Assembly: GCA_965208325.1 (NCBI GenBank) | Contig: OZ242326.1 | Coordinates: forward strand, 1,344,001 to 1,408,000 | Reading direction: 5' to 3' | DNA length: 64,000 bases | DNA from: Candidatus Poribacteria bacterium | GTDB taxonomy: Bacteria > Poribacteria > WGA-4E > PCPOR2b | Shown: piece after piece, positions 40,627 through 49,408 of the stretch | How positions within the stretch are numbered: position 1 is the stretch's first letter | Layout of the letters: each line of letters starts with the position of its first letter | Notes under the pieces: model-generated | What the model saw: only the letters and a program-made list of their open reading frames with translations | Databases searched by the model: none | What the model was told of the DNA's origin: nothing | Made by a program: the position numbers and the translations under genes

Positions 40627-43600
40627 ATGACGGGACGATGCTCCATGTATTATAGGTTACGGCGACAATCTATCAAATATACCTTATTCGCAGTTTGGCT
40701 TTTGAACTTCTTCGAGTTTTGCCTTTTGCCCGCGCCCGCCCAACAGACCTTCCAATGGCGCAGCTTCACACGAATCCACGATGGACTCAGCAGCAACAAT
40801 GTTCGGTCGATCGCAGAAGACAGCTTCGGACAGATTTGGCTTGCGACGAGCAGCGGTTTGAGTTGTTTCAATGGTTTCTGGCATGTAATTGAAGTTTCAA
40901 TCGGCGATTCGAGCAGTAGTGATATTAATCATATTTTTAGCGATATAGATGGGTTCATCTGGGTGATGACTAGTGGGGGCGTCTTTCAAGGGATGCCGCG
41001 CAATGGCGGGATGGATTGGGTGCATCACTACACTACGGCTGATGGGTTAATCGACAATTCGATTACGGCAGCCGTGCGGCGCCAGAATGGCGAGATTTGG
41101 GTTGGAACGCCTTCTGGCGCCAACTGGTTCGATGGGAACAGGTGGCGTGCTGCGCCAAATGCTGAAGAAGGCAGTGTTAACAAAGGCGTACGTGTCGTTT
41201 ATGAAGATAAAATGGGTAATTTGTGGTTTGGGCTTTCACGGCCAAACCGCCCTTACTTAGTTAGCCGTTTTGACGGCGCCGAGTGGGAGGTTTTCCGTAT
41301 TGAGGACGGATTGCCGAACGGCGATGTAGAAGCGATTACATCCGATCCCTTGAACAACATTTGGGTCGGAACGACTGAGGGGGCAGCGATTTACGACGGT
41401 ACAACTTGGCAGATTATAACTTCGCCGGAACTAATCGGCAACAACGTCCAGTCCATAAAAATTGACGTTGAAGAAACAGTGTGGATTGGCACCAGCGTGG
41501 GAATCAGCTTGTTCAGCCGCGGAAGATGGAGGCATTTGACAAAGGGACACGGGTTGGCGAGCAACAATATCCAGACGCTGTTTGAATCACGGGACGGTGG
41601 AATTTGGGTGGGCACACGAGATAACGGTGTCAGTTTCACCGATAGATTGTGGAGATCGATTACGACAAATGACGGATTGAGTGATAACCAAGTGACATCA
41701 ATGTTGACGGATGGCGGCGGGACAACGTGGGTAGGCACTCGCAACGGATTGGTTCGGTATAGCGGCAGGAAAATCGAATCGGTAGAAGAGCTACTGGGGC
41801 GCGACATACGCGTGCTCGCCGAAGACGCCGAGGAGCGCCTTTGGGTCGGTACAGACTCGGGCATTGTGGTATTTAGTCCAATAATTGCGGATGAGCCTTC
41901 CATATGGCGGCATTTTCGGAGAGCGGATGGGCTAAAAAATGACAGCGTTCAATCTTTGGCCGTTGACGCAGCGGGTGATGTTTGGGTGGGTACAGGAATT
42001 TTGCTTGCCGATGAACCGGGCTTCTTCCCCGGTCTAGATCGATTTGATGGTGACCAATGGCATGCTGAAGAAGACATTTTTCAGGAATTCGGCGAAATAG
42101 TCGCCGTGATGTATTCAGATTCACGAGGGCGTCTGTTTTTTGGCACTGTTGGCGACGCTGCAAGCGATGGCGAGTTGTGGGTTTACCATGGAGGAATTTT
42201 GAACCGGATCAGCCCTAATATTAGCGGATCCATCAATGCTATTATGGAATCTTCCGACGGCAGCATATGGATTGGGACAAGTGATGGCATCCTAATTTTA
42301 GATGGAGAAGCGCTGCAGCAGACGAATCGACTGACGACTGATGATGGATTGGTAGATAACCGTGTACAAGCGCTATTCCGGGATGAACCCGATAGAATGT
42401 GGATTGGCACGGTTGATGGGGTCAGTCTGTTTCAGACCAATCGATTTGCGCGCTCAATCACGGCAAGCGACGGTTTAAACAGCAATAACATCTCCGTCAT
42501 CATCAAACCGGCTGATGGCGTGCTCTGGTTTGGGAGTAAGGATAACGGCGGCGTCAGCCATTTTAATCAGGAGATGATACCGCCAACCACGCGCATAATC
42601 GAAGGTCCCACAAACGGTGAAATTGTTGGAGATACGAGCGTTATCTTTAAGTTTGAAGGAGGAGATCTTAGCACGCCAACCCGAGAACTACGCTATCGAT
42701 ACAAACTTGATGGCAACCTACCAATGCCTACCGATGACGACGGTTTTTCGAATCGTGTTTCGCTGACAGGCCTGGCGGAAGGCGGCCATCGATTCATCGT
42801 TCAAGCGATAGATCGAGAGGAAAACCTGGATCGGCTTGGTGCGCAGGCAGAATTTATTATCGATTCGAAACCGCCAACTGTTCTAATAACCAATCCGAAG
42901 CGCGGCGCGGTCATCAAGGGAGTTTATGGAATCGAGGGTAGCGCGACCGATATGGATTTTCACGATTACGAGATTCAGATTTCGGGTCAATCTGTGTTCA
43001 CCTCAAACCAACCTGTGGACAGAAATACGCTCTATCGGTGGGATACGCAAACCGTACCTGACGGCACATACAATATTCGGCTCACAGCGAGAGATACACC
43101 AAACGGCGACTATGACCGCGAACATCGCGCCGAGGAGATGATATCCGTCGAAGTAGACAACACCTTACCCGGTGCAAAAATTAAGCAGCCGTTACCTGAA
43201 GCTACAGTTACCGGAGAAACCGAGGTTGAAATTGAACTGACCGACCTTCATCTGATGAGCTATCGGTTAGAATTCACACGTGCGGCATCGAAAACTGACA
43301 CGCCGGAAGAGATTACATCGGGTTCAATCTCCGACAGCCCATTATCTATTGTGAAACAGGTACCGTGGAATTCATCAACCGTGTATGGCCATGTAATGCT
43401 TCGGGCAGCAGTTGCAGATGCAGCCGGAAACGAAGGGGTGTCAGAAGTTGTTCCCATTTTCCTCGACAATGAAGGCGCTAAGCCAGTTGTTGAGATTCAT
43501 CGGCCGAATGGAATTAATCCGATCTCGAAGGAAACAGCCGTTACCGCAACAGTCGGCGTTGGCACAGCGCCCGACACCTTTATTGAAAACATAAGCCTCG

Positions 43601-46050
43601 AATACCGACGTGTAGATGACCTCCAGGGTTGGAAGCCGCTGCGCGGCGGCCGTCTAACTTTGAATAACGAAGAGATTACACGATGGGACACTACTGCGCT
43701 CCCTGACGGCGAATATCTGTTACGACTATCCGCAAAGGACAGCAATGGATATTCGTCAAATTTCGAACGGAAGGTGTTTTTGGATAATACGCCGCCGACG
43801 GGCATCATCAGATTCCCGCAAGATGGGGATGTTCGAAAAGCCGAACGTATAGACGTAATTGGTACGGCGACGGATGAAAATTTCGAAGGCTTCGAGCTAG
43901 AATATTCTGTAAATGGCGAAACATGGATACTGATTCCAGGATTGAACACCTCGGTTGAATCGGAACGACTGGGAAGCTGGAACGCGGCAGCCTTACCCGG
44001 CGGCGCTTATCTGCTGCGTCTCACAGTCGTCGACAAGGCGGGTCTAGAAACAACGACAGAGGTAAGCGTGGTACTTGATGACTCGGATGTTATTTCGTTA
44101 ATTACCTCACCTAAGCAAGATGCATACGTCAGCGGTCAAGTAAGAATTACGGGCACAGCTAACGATCCAAATTTTAATCGATTTCATTTGGAATATCGGC
44201 TTGCAGGCGTAAATGGTGCATGGCGGCCAATTCCAGACCTATTCAGTCCCGATAAACCGAAAGAAAACGAACCTCTCGCAGATTGGAATACGCCTCAGCT
44301 CGATGAGAAATACGAAGTCCGATTGACGGCTTTCGACGATTCGGGAAAGAGTGAAACCCACATCGTTCCGGTGCATGTTGATAATCTTAAGCCAAGCGCA
44401 CATATTATCAAGGTTCAATCGCGGCATGCGGAATCTCAAGCTTCGGGGATACTATCGGGTGAAATCGAAATTTTCGGTGAAGCAACCGATGTCCACTTCA
44501 AAGACTTTCGCCTAGATTTTCGCCCTACCGATTACAGCGGCGATTGGCAACCGATTCCCGTGCTGAATTCCACAAGACCTCGACGGAACACGACACTCGC
44601 TATTTGGAGGAATACGCCCCAAATTGACGGCGAGTACGAAATTCGCTTGGAAGTTGAGGATAAATCGGGCAAGTCAAATCCGGCTTTTATGCGCGTTGAA
44701 ATTGACAACCAATCTCCGATTGTTGAAATCTCTCAGCCTAGTCATCGCCAGTTGGTGTTCACCACCATTGAAATTATCGGTACGGCGAGCGATAAATATC
44801 TCGAAGCCTATCAACTAGATTTCAGAGCAGAGGGGACCGCCGAGTGGCAGCAGATAATTCGCGCTACCCATCCCAAGGAAGCAGCGGTATTGGGAGAATG
44901 GGAACCCCCGATGGTAGACGGCGGGTATGAAATCCGCTTGCGCGCTTTCGATTTTGATGGGTCAAGGCAGCCGAGTGAGTCAATCGTACAGGTCCTCGTC
45001 GATAGGTTGCCGCCGCAAGCCGAAATACACTCTCCTACGGCGAATCAACAGCTACCCCGAAAGGTTGACATTCTGGGAACAGCGGACGATCTGAATTTCA
45101 ATGGGTACGTTATCGAATACAGCGGCGGGCAATCACCCGATATCTGGCGGCCGATATCCAAAACGGGGTTTTTGAAGCCGGTGAACGAAGGGCTCCTGGC
45201 AGAATGGAGTGTCCCGGAATTATCGTCTGGCGAGTATTCTTTGCGGTTGCGTGTAGAGGATGGCGCCGGCCATGAGAGCGCCACGTCTGTCAAGGTGTTT
45301 TTCCGCGAGCGCGTGGAGCGCCAAAATAATAGTGTTGTGCAGAGTGAAGATGGAATCGCCAGAATTGTTTTCCCGCCAAACAGCTTGCCAGAATCGACGT
45401 ACGTGACTATAAATCCAGTTCAATCTGCGAATGGGCCGTCCTCAGCCTCCAGCGATGAGATGTTGAACGGCGGCGGATCGCCGAATGTCATTCCGCGCTT
45501 CGATACAATCTACAATTTTGAACCGGCAAATTTGCAACTTCACCGCCTTAAACCTGCAACGATAGAGTTTGCCGTGCAAGAACTTACACCGGCCATGCGA
45601 AATGAAGCATTAACAATTTCTCACTGGGATGGCGCGCGGTGGAAACCCATCGGCGGCACAATCAATGAGCGGCAGGGCACGATTTCGACTGTTGTATCAG
45701 GTTTAGGGCAGTACGCCGTAACAACAGCACCTCCTGTGGAAATTGACGGCGACGTAATCATCGCTGACTTAACCTGCCAACCGCGCCTCTTTTCGCCAAA
45801 CAAAAACGAATCAACATCAATCTCGTTTCGATTAAATCAACCTAGCAATGTCACGGTGCGAATCTACAATGAGGCAGGACGGCTGCGGCGGAATCTAAGA
45901 GAATCAGAACAGCTTTCAACGGGGCGGCATGTCTTTTGGTGGGATGGGCGCGACGACGATATGCGGCGGGTTGTCAGCAACTTTTACATTGTTACGGTTG
46001 AAGCTGAAGGAGCGTTAGCGCGAAAAGCCGTTATCGTACAGAACAATTAG
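40627..46050 (+). CDS. Large secreted protein with two-component-regulator-type propellers, tandem Ig-like repeats and FlgD-Ig/CTD
   Basis: DGLxxNxV...IWVGT repeats, repeated GTAxD...W...DGxYxIRL...DN..P units and C-terminal FSPN...WDGRD. Confidence 0.85.
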   Translation: MTGRCSMYYRLRRQSIKYTLFAVWLLNFFEFCLLPAPAQQTFQWRSFTRIHDGLSSNNVRSIAEDSFGQIWLATSSGLSCFNGFWHVIEVSIGDSSSSDINHIFSDIDGFIWVMTSGGVFQGMPRNGGMDWVHHYTTADGLIDNSITAAVRRQNGEIWVGTPSGANWFDGNRWRAAPNAEEGSVNKGVRVVYEDKMGNLWFGLSRPNRPYLVSRFDGAEWEVFRIEDGLPNGDVEAITSDPLNNIWVGTTEGAAIYDGTTWQIITSPELIGNNVQSIKIDVEETVWIGTSVGISLFSRGRWRHLTKGHGLASNNIQTLFESRDGGIWVGTRDNGVSFTDRLWRSITTNDGLSDNQVTSMLTDGGGTTWVGTRNGLVRYSGRKIESVEELLGRDIRVLAEDAEERLWVGTDSGIVVFSPIIADEPSIWRHFRRADGLKNDSVQSLAVDAAGDVWVGTGILLADEPGFFPGLDRFDGDQWHAEEDIFQEFGEIVAVMYSDSRGRLFFGTVGDAASDGELWVYHGGILNRISPNISGSINAIMESSDGSIWIGTSDGILILDGEALQQTNRLTTDDGLVDNRVQALFRDEPDRMWIGTVDGVSLFQTNRFARSITASDGLNSNNISVIIKPADGVLWFGSKDNGGVSHFNQEMIPPTTRIIEGPTNGEIVGDTSVIFKFEGGDLSTPTRELRYRYKLDGNLPMPTDDDGFSNRVSLTGLAEGGHRFIVQAIDREENLDRLGAQAEFIIDSKPPTVLITNPKRGAVIKGVYGIEGSATDMDFHDYEIQISGQSVFTSNQPVDRNTLYRWDTQTVPDGTYNIRLTARDTPNGDYDREHRAEEMISVEVDNTLPGAKIKQPLPEATVTGETEVEIELTDLHLMSYRLEFTRAASKTDTPEEITSGSISDSPLSIVKQVPWNSSTVYGHVMLRAAVADAAGNEGVSEVVPIFLDNEGAKPVVEIHRPNGINPISKETAVTATVGVGTAPDTFIENISLEYRRVDDLQGWKPLRGGRLTLNNEEITRWDTTALPDGEYLLRLSAKDSNGYSSNFERKVFLDNTPPTGIIRFPQDGDVRKAERIDVIGTATDENFEGFELEYSVNGETWILIPGLNTSVESERLGSWNAAALPGGAYLLRLTVVDKAGLETTTEVSVVLDDSDVISLITSPKQDAYVSGQVRITGTANDPNFNRFHLEYRLAGVNGAWRPIPDLFSPDKPKENEPLADWNTPQLDEKYEVRLTAFDDSGKSETHIVPVHVDNLKPSAHIIKVQSRHAESQASGILSGEIEIFGEATDVHFKDFRLDFRPTDYSGDWQPIPVLNSTRPRRNTTLAIWRNTPQIDGEYEIRLEVEDKSGKSNPAFMRVEIDNQSPIVEISQPSHRQLVFTTIEIIGTASDKYLEAYQLDFRAEGTAEWQQIIRATHPKEAAVLGEWEPPMVDGGYEIRLRAFDFDGSRQPSESIVQVLVDRLPPQAEIHSPTANQQLPRKVDILGTADDLNFNGYVIEYSGGQSPDIWRPISKTGFLKPVNEGLLAEWSVPELSSGEYSLRLRVEDGAGHESATSVKVFFRERVERQNNSVVQSEDGIARIVFPPNSLPESTYVTINPVQSANGPSSASSDEMLNGGGSPNVIPRFDTIYNFEPANLQLHRLKPATIEFAVQELTPAMRNEALTISHWDGARWKPIGGTINERQGTISTVVSGLGQYAVTTAPPVEIDGDVIIADLTCQPRLFSPNKNESTSISFRLNQPSNVTVRIYNEAGRLRRNLRESEQLSTGRHVFWWDGRDDDMRRVVSNFYIVTVEAEGALARKAVIVQNN

Positions 46051-46092
46051 CGAGTGACATCCGTTTCAATGATATGGACTTCCAAAACTGTC

Positions 46093-46121
46093 TTGACAAA
46101 ACCGGGGACACTTCGCATAAT
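46093..46121 (+). promoter_or_regulatory. Putative sigma70 promoter giving a leaderless mRNA
   Basis: TTGACA, 17 bp spacer, CATAAT. The in-frame ATG at 46129 lies at the expected TSS. Confidence 0.55.
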
Positions 46122-46128
46122 ATCCACG

Positions 46129-48210
46129 ATGCGATGCTGTTTTTTTATAATCTTCATGTTCACGTCGGCGAGTGCAATTTACGCCCTCGAAGAAAGAGCG
46201 TCTACCGGCGTGCGTGCCATCGGCATGGGAGAAGCGTTTATCGGTGTCGCCGACGATGAGAACAGTGTTCGCAGAAATCCCGCGGGACTTGTCCGATTGG
46301 ACAGATACGCCCTCGGATTTGAACAGACGCCATCGAAGTTGTTCGGTGTGTTGGAAACCAACTGTCTCAGCGCAGTCTTGCCAGCGTCGGAAAAAATTGC
46401 GTTGGGTATGGATTGGACCCAAGTCGGGATTGTGGATGAAGAACTCGATTCAAGGCGCAGCAGTTTTAACTTCTCCTACAGCTACTATCCATTGTCCCTA
46501 CTGTCGATTGGGGCAAACCTGAAATACCTGACATGGGGCATTACGCTCGATAAGCAATCTGAAGGCAACGCCACCGGATGGGGAACGGACGTTGGCGTAC
46601 TTCTTCAACCAAACCGCAGTTGGACATTTGGATTCTTGGTGCAGGATTTTATCGGTTTTGGAGCTGGACATGGCTTTAGCCGCGACACATGGATGCGCCA
46701 CGACACCGGGGTAAGCGAAAGAGTATTCCCGACAAGGTATAAACTGGGAGCGGCTTATCGGCCCATACCCAATTGGCTCATTGCCGCGGATGTCACGGAC
46801 CGCATCCATGTGGGTGCAGAGTTTCTGCCATACGCCAATTTTGCTATTCGCGCCGGAATCCAAAAAGATTTGGCATCGCTTGAATGGCCGAGTTATTCGT
46901 TGGGTGGACGCGTAACATATCGATGGTTGGATTTCAACGCCGCGTATCTCATTCCCCCAACCCTGCCGCCAACAGTTTATGTTGGTCTTTCGCTCAACAT
47001 AGATTTTCGGCGGTTGCCGGTGCGGATTGAGCAGGTTCGTATAAAAGACCTCTATCCGGTCCATTATAATTACTACGCTTCGCCAAATAGGGAGGTGGAA
47101 ATCATTTTTTTGGAGGAGCCTATCACGCCGCCGGTTTTCACTGACGCCGACCGGGATCGGTACTATCCACTAATGCCGCTAGATTCAATCGGCAGGATCT
47201 GGCTAAAAAATGAGAGTAACAAACCGGTGACTGTCAGGATTGAACTGTTTATTGAACAGTTTGTCGGCCAAGACGGCACGGTAGTTGCATCTGATATTGA
47301 ATTGGAACCCTTAAAGCGGGTTTCTGTGCCAATGCGCCAGCTCGTTTTATCACGCGACGCCCTAGCGTTAACCCAAGCACAGCCTGTCGAAGCGAGAGTC
47401 AAAGTCATCGAGAGCGGTGGAAGTGCATACCGGACTGACACTGTCACTTTAACGTTACACGGCAACCATACAACACGGCTGGATGATGTCGCCAAACTCG
47501 GATCATTCATCTCCTCTGAAGATGCGGCAATTCAAGCCTTTATAAATTCCATTCGTACTGTATTTAACGACAGGATTGCATCAAACACGGTTCCGCGCAA
47601 TTTGTATACGGCTATGCTATTGTTTAACGCCTTGCATGGGGTGTCTTATGCGATTGATCCGAATATACCGGGTGCAAGCGGCACCATAGACGAGATCAAA
47701 TACCCCTTCGAGATGCTCGAACGCCTCAAGGGGCAATTCAGCGGGGATGGCGGAGTTCATGCTTTCGGAGATTGCGACGACAGTACGGCGCTATATTGTT
47801 CGCTGCTAGAATCGGCCGGGATACAGACAGCACTCATCCAGCTTCCTAACCATGTGATGATGGCGTTCGATTTGGGGCAAATTTCTCTCGATTGGGCGGA
47901 AGCGGTAGATTTGCCTGATAGTCACTATCAGCCCATTAACGGGCAGGTTTGGATTCCCATTGAGACAACGCTTATCAAAGACGGATTCATCGCGGCGTGG
48001 CAAACGGCAATTGAAGAAATTCGAGCAAAAGGGGTTATTGACTCGTCTACGGTTGAAGACGCCTGGGCGAAATACGGAGCGAGTTCCTTGCGCGGAGCGG
48101 AAAGACACTTTTCTGTTCCTGAAACTCGAATTAGATCGCGGATAGACGGCGATTTAGCACATCCGTGGTTTCAGGGTTTTTTGGAATTTTTCTCTCAGGC
48201 GCCACCATAG
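46129..48210 (+). CDS. PorV/FadL-like beta-barrel fused to a transglutaminase-like domain
   Basis: Signal peptide, GVRAIGMGEAFIGVADD...NPAGL, amphipathic strands and GDCDD...NHV...WIPIETT. Alternative start 46054. Confidence 0.8.
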   Translation: MRCCFFIIFMFTSASAIYALEERASTGVRAIGMGEAFIGVADDENSVRRNPAGLVRLDRYALGFEQTPSKLFGVLETNCLSAVLPASEKIALGMDWTQVGIVDEELDSRRSSFNFSYSYYPLSLLSIGANLKYLTWGITLDKQSEGNATGWGTDVGVLLQPNRSWTFGFLVQDFIGFGAGHGFSRDTWMRHDTGVSERVFPTRYKLGAAYRPIPNWLIAADVTDRIHVGAEFLPYANFAIRAGIQKDLASLEWPSYSLGGRVTYRWLDFNAAYLIPPTLPPTVYVGLSLNIDFRRLPVRIEQVRIKDLYPVHYNYYASPNREVEIIFLEEPITPPVFTDADRDRYYPLMPLDSIGRIWLKNESNKPVTVRIELFIEQFVGQDGTVVASDIELEPLKRVSVPMRQLVLSRDALALTQAQPVEARVKVIESGGSAYRTDTVTLTLHGNHTTRLDDVAKLGSFISSEDAAIQAFINSIRTVFNDRIASNTVPRNLYTAMLLFNALHGVSYAIDPNIPGASGTIDEIKYPFEMLERLKGQFSGDGGVHAFGDCDDSTALYCSLLESAGIQTALIQLPNHVMMAFDLGQISLDWAEAVDLPDSHYQPINGQVWIPIETTLIKDGFIAAWQTAIEEIRAKGVIDSSTVEDAWAKYGASSLRGAERHFSVPETRIRSRIDGDLAHPWFQGFLEFFSQAPP

Positions 48211-48436
48211 AACACAATCGGGTGCAATTGGTTTGTAGGTTGATTTTTGGCCAAGTTGATGTGCGGCGCCCGGAACGGTTAACACCGTACGAACAGTTTT
48301 TGAATTACCCGCTCTAGCCAACTCACAAAGACTACCATAAATTGTCTATCCCCCAGCAGAACTGCGGGTGATTGTTGATTTCCATGTGGCGTTACGTTAG
48401 CCACACATTTTTTTACACCAAAGGAGGACAACTACC

Positions 48437-49336
48437 ATGAAGCGAAAATACCCTATTCTTCTCACAATTTGCTGCTTGTTCGTGATTGCGGCTAATCCCG
48501 ATTCGCAGGCAGAAGATACGGTAACCGCCACATTCACCTTTGGAAAGATTGAGGTGCTTAAATCCGGTGAACGGGAATGGGCTTTTTTGGAAAAAGGTGC
48601 GGTCTTGAACAACAGTGATCTCGTGCGTATGCCGCCGTACTCGTTAATTCGGCTAAAGGATGCGGACGAGATGCTTTTACCGACGCTTCCGGGCGGGCGT
48701 GAACTGCCTATCAGCGTTTTAATCGAGGAGGGGCGCCTACGTAGGAATGAATTCAAAGGCAAGCGTGTTAGTGCGCCATTTGACAGCCGCCCTACAATTG
48801 ATGTGCTGCCGCTTGGCAACAGACCAAAAGGGGAAAACCGCTTCAAGGCACCTGCCGCAGCTCAACCAACGCCACTAATGCGGGGTGAACTGGAAGCGCT
48901 TCGCCGCGAACTCGACTCGCTTCCTGAAGAATTTGTGCCTTTCATCTCTCGAAGTCTCCTGCCGGATAATCATGCGACGACAGATGCGTATCCCAGCACC
49001 AATCTATCTGGCGCGCTTACCCTTTATCGCGACACGCTCAGAGAAATTGAGGCGAAAACGGAAGCGACTTCAAATCGTTCGCTCTTGTACGCCCAACTGC
49101 TTGGCCGGATTGAGATTGGTGCAGATCTTGTCGTGAACGGCAAGGGGGACCTTTTCGTTGTGTTTGATAGCGGTGTTCCCGTCAATGGGAGTAAACAGAT
49201 TACCGCCAATCATCAGCTCATTCATCATAAATCGGGGACAGATACCGTTTGGATTCCTCTTCAGATTACGCCTCGTCGACATAATTTCACAACCGCATGG
49301 TATACAGCCGGACGGAACCTGGAGGCCGGACTATAG
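48437..49336 (+). CDS. Exported protein with FecR-like N-terminus and degenerate transglutaminase-like C-terminus
   Basis: Signal peptide, GKIEV...W..LEKG.VL...DLVR...SLIRL and a C-terminus that aligns by eye with the upstream protein. AAGGAGG RBS. Confidence 0.7.
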   Translation: MKRKYPILLTICCLFVIAANPDSQAEDTVTATFTFGKIEVLKSGEREWAFLEKGAVLNNSDLVRMPPYSLIRLKDADEMLLPTLPGGRELPISVLIEEGRLRRNEFKGKRVSAPFDSRPTIDVLPLGNRPKGENRFKAPAAAQPTPLMRGELEALRRELDSLPEEFVPFISRSLLPDNHATTDAYPSTNLSGALTLYRDTLREIEAKTEATSNRSLLYAQLLGRIEIGADLVVNGKGDLFVVFDSGVPVNGSKQITANHQLIHHKSGTDTVWIPLQITPRRHNFTTAWYTAGRNLEAGL

Positions 49337-49408
49337 TAGTGGAAAATAATCGGTTGATATGGACATGCTAGGAAAAACAGATACACTAGGTCTGTTTGGA
49401 GGTTCGTT

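Noticed and set aside
48385..48405. Third sigma54 promoter (GG-N10-GC) before the FecR-like gene
   Set aside because: Poor flanking match (TGGCGT...TAGC). It is better explained as a TGTGGC-N9-GCCACA hairpin.
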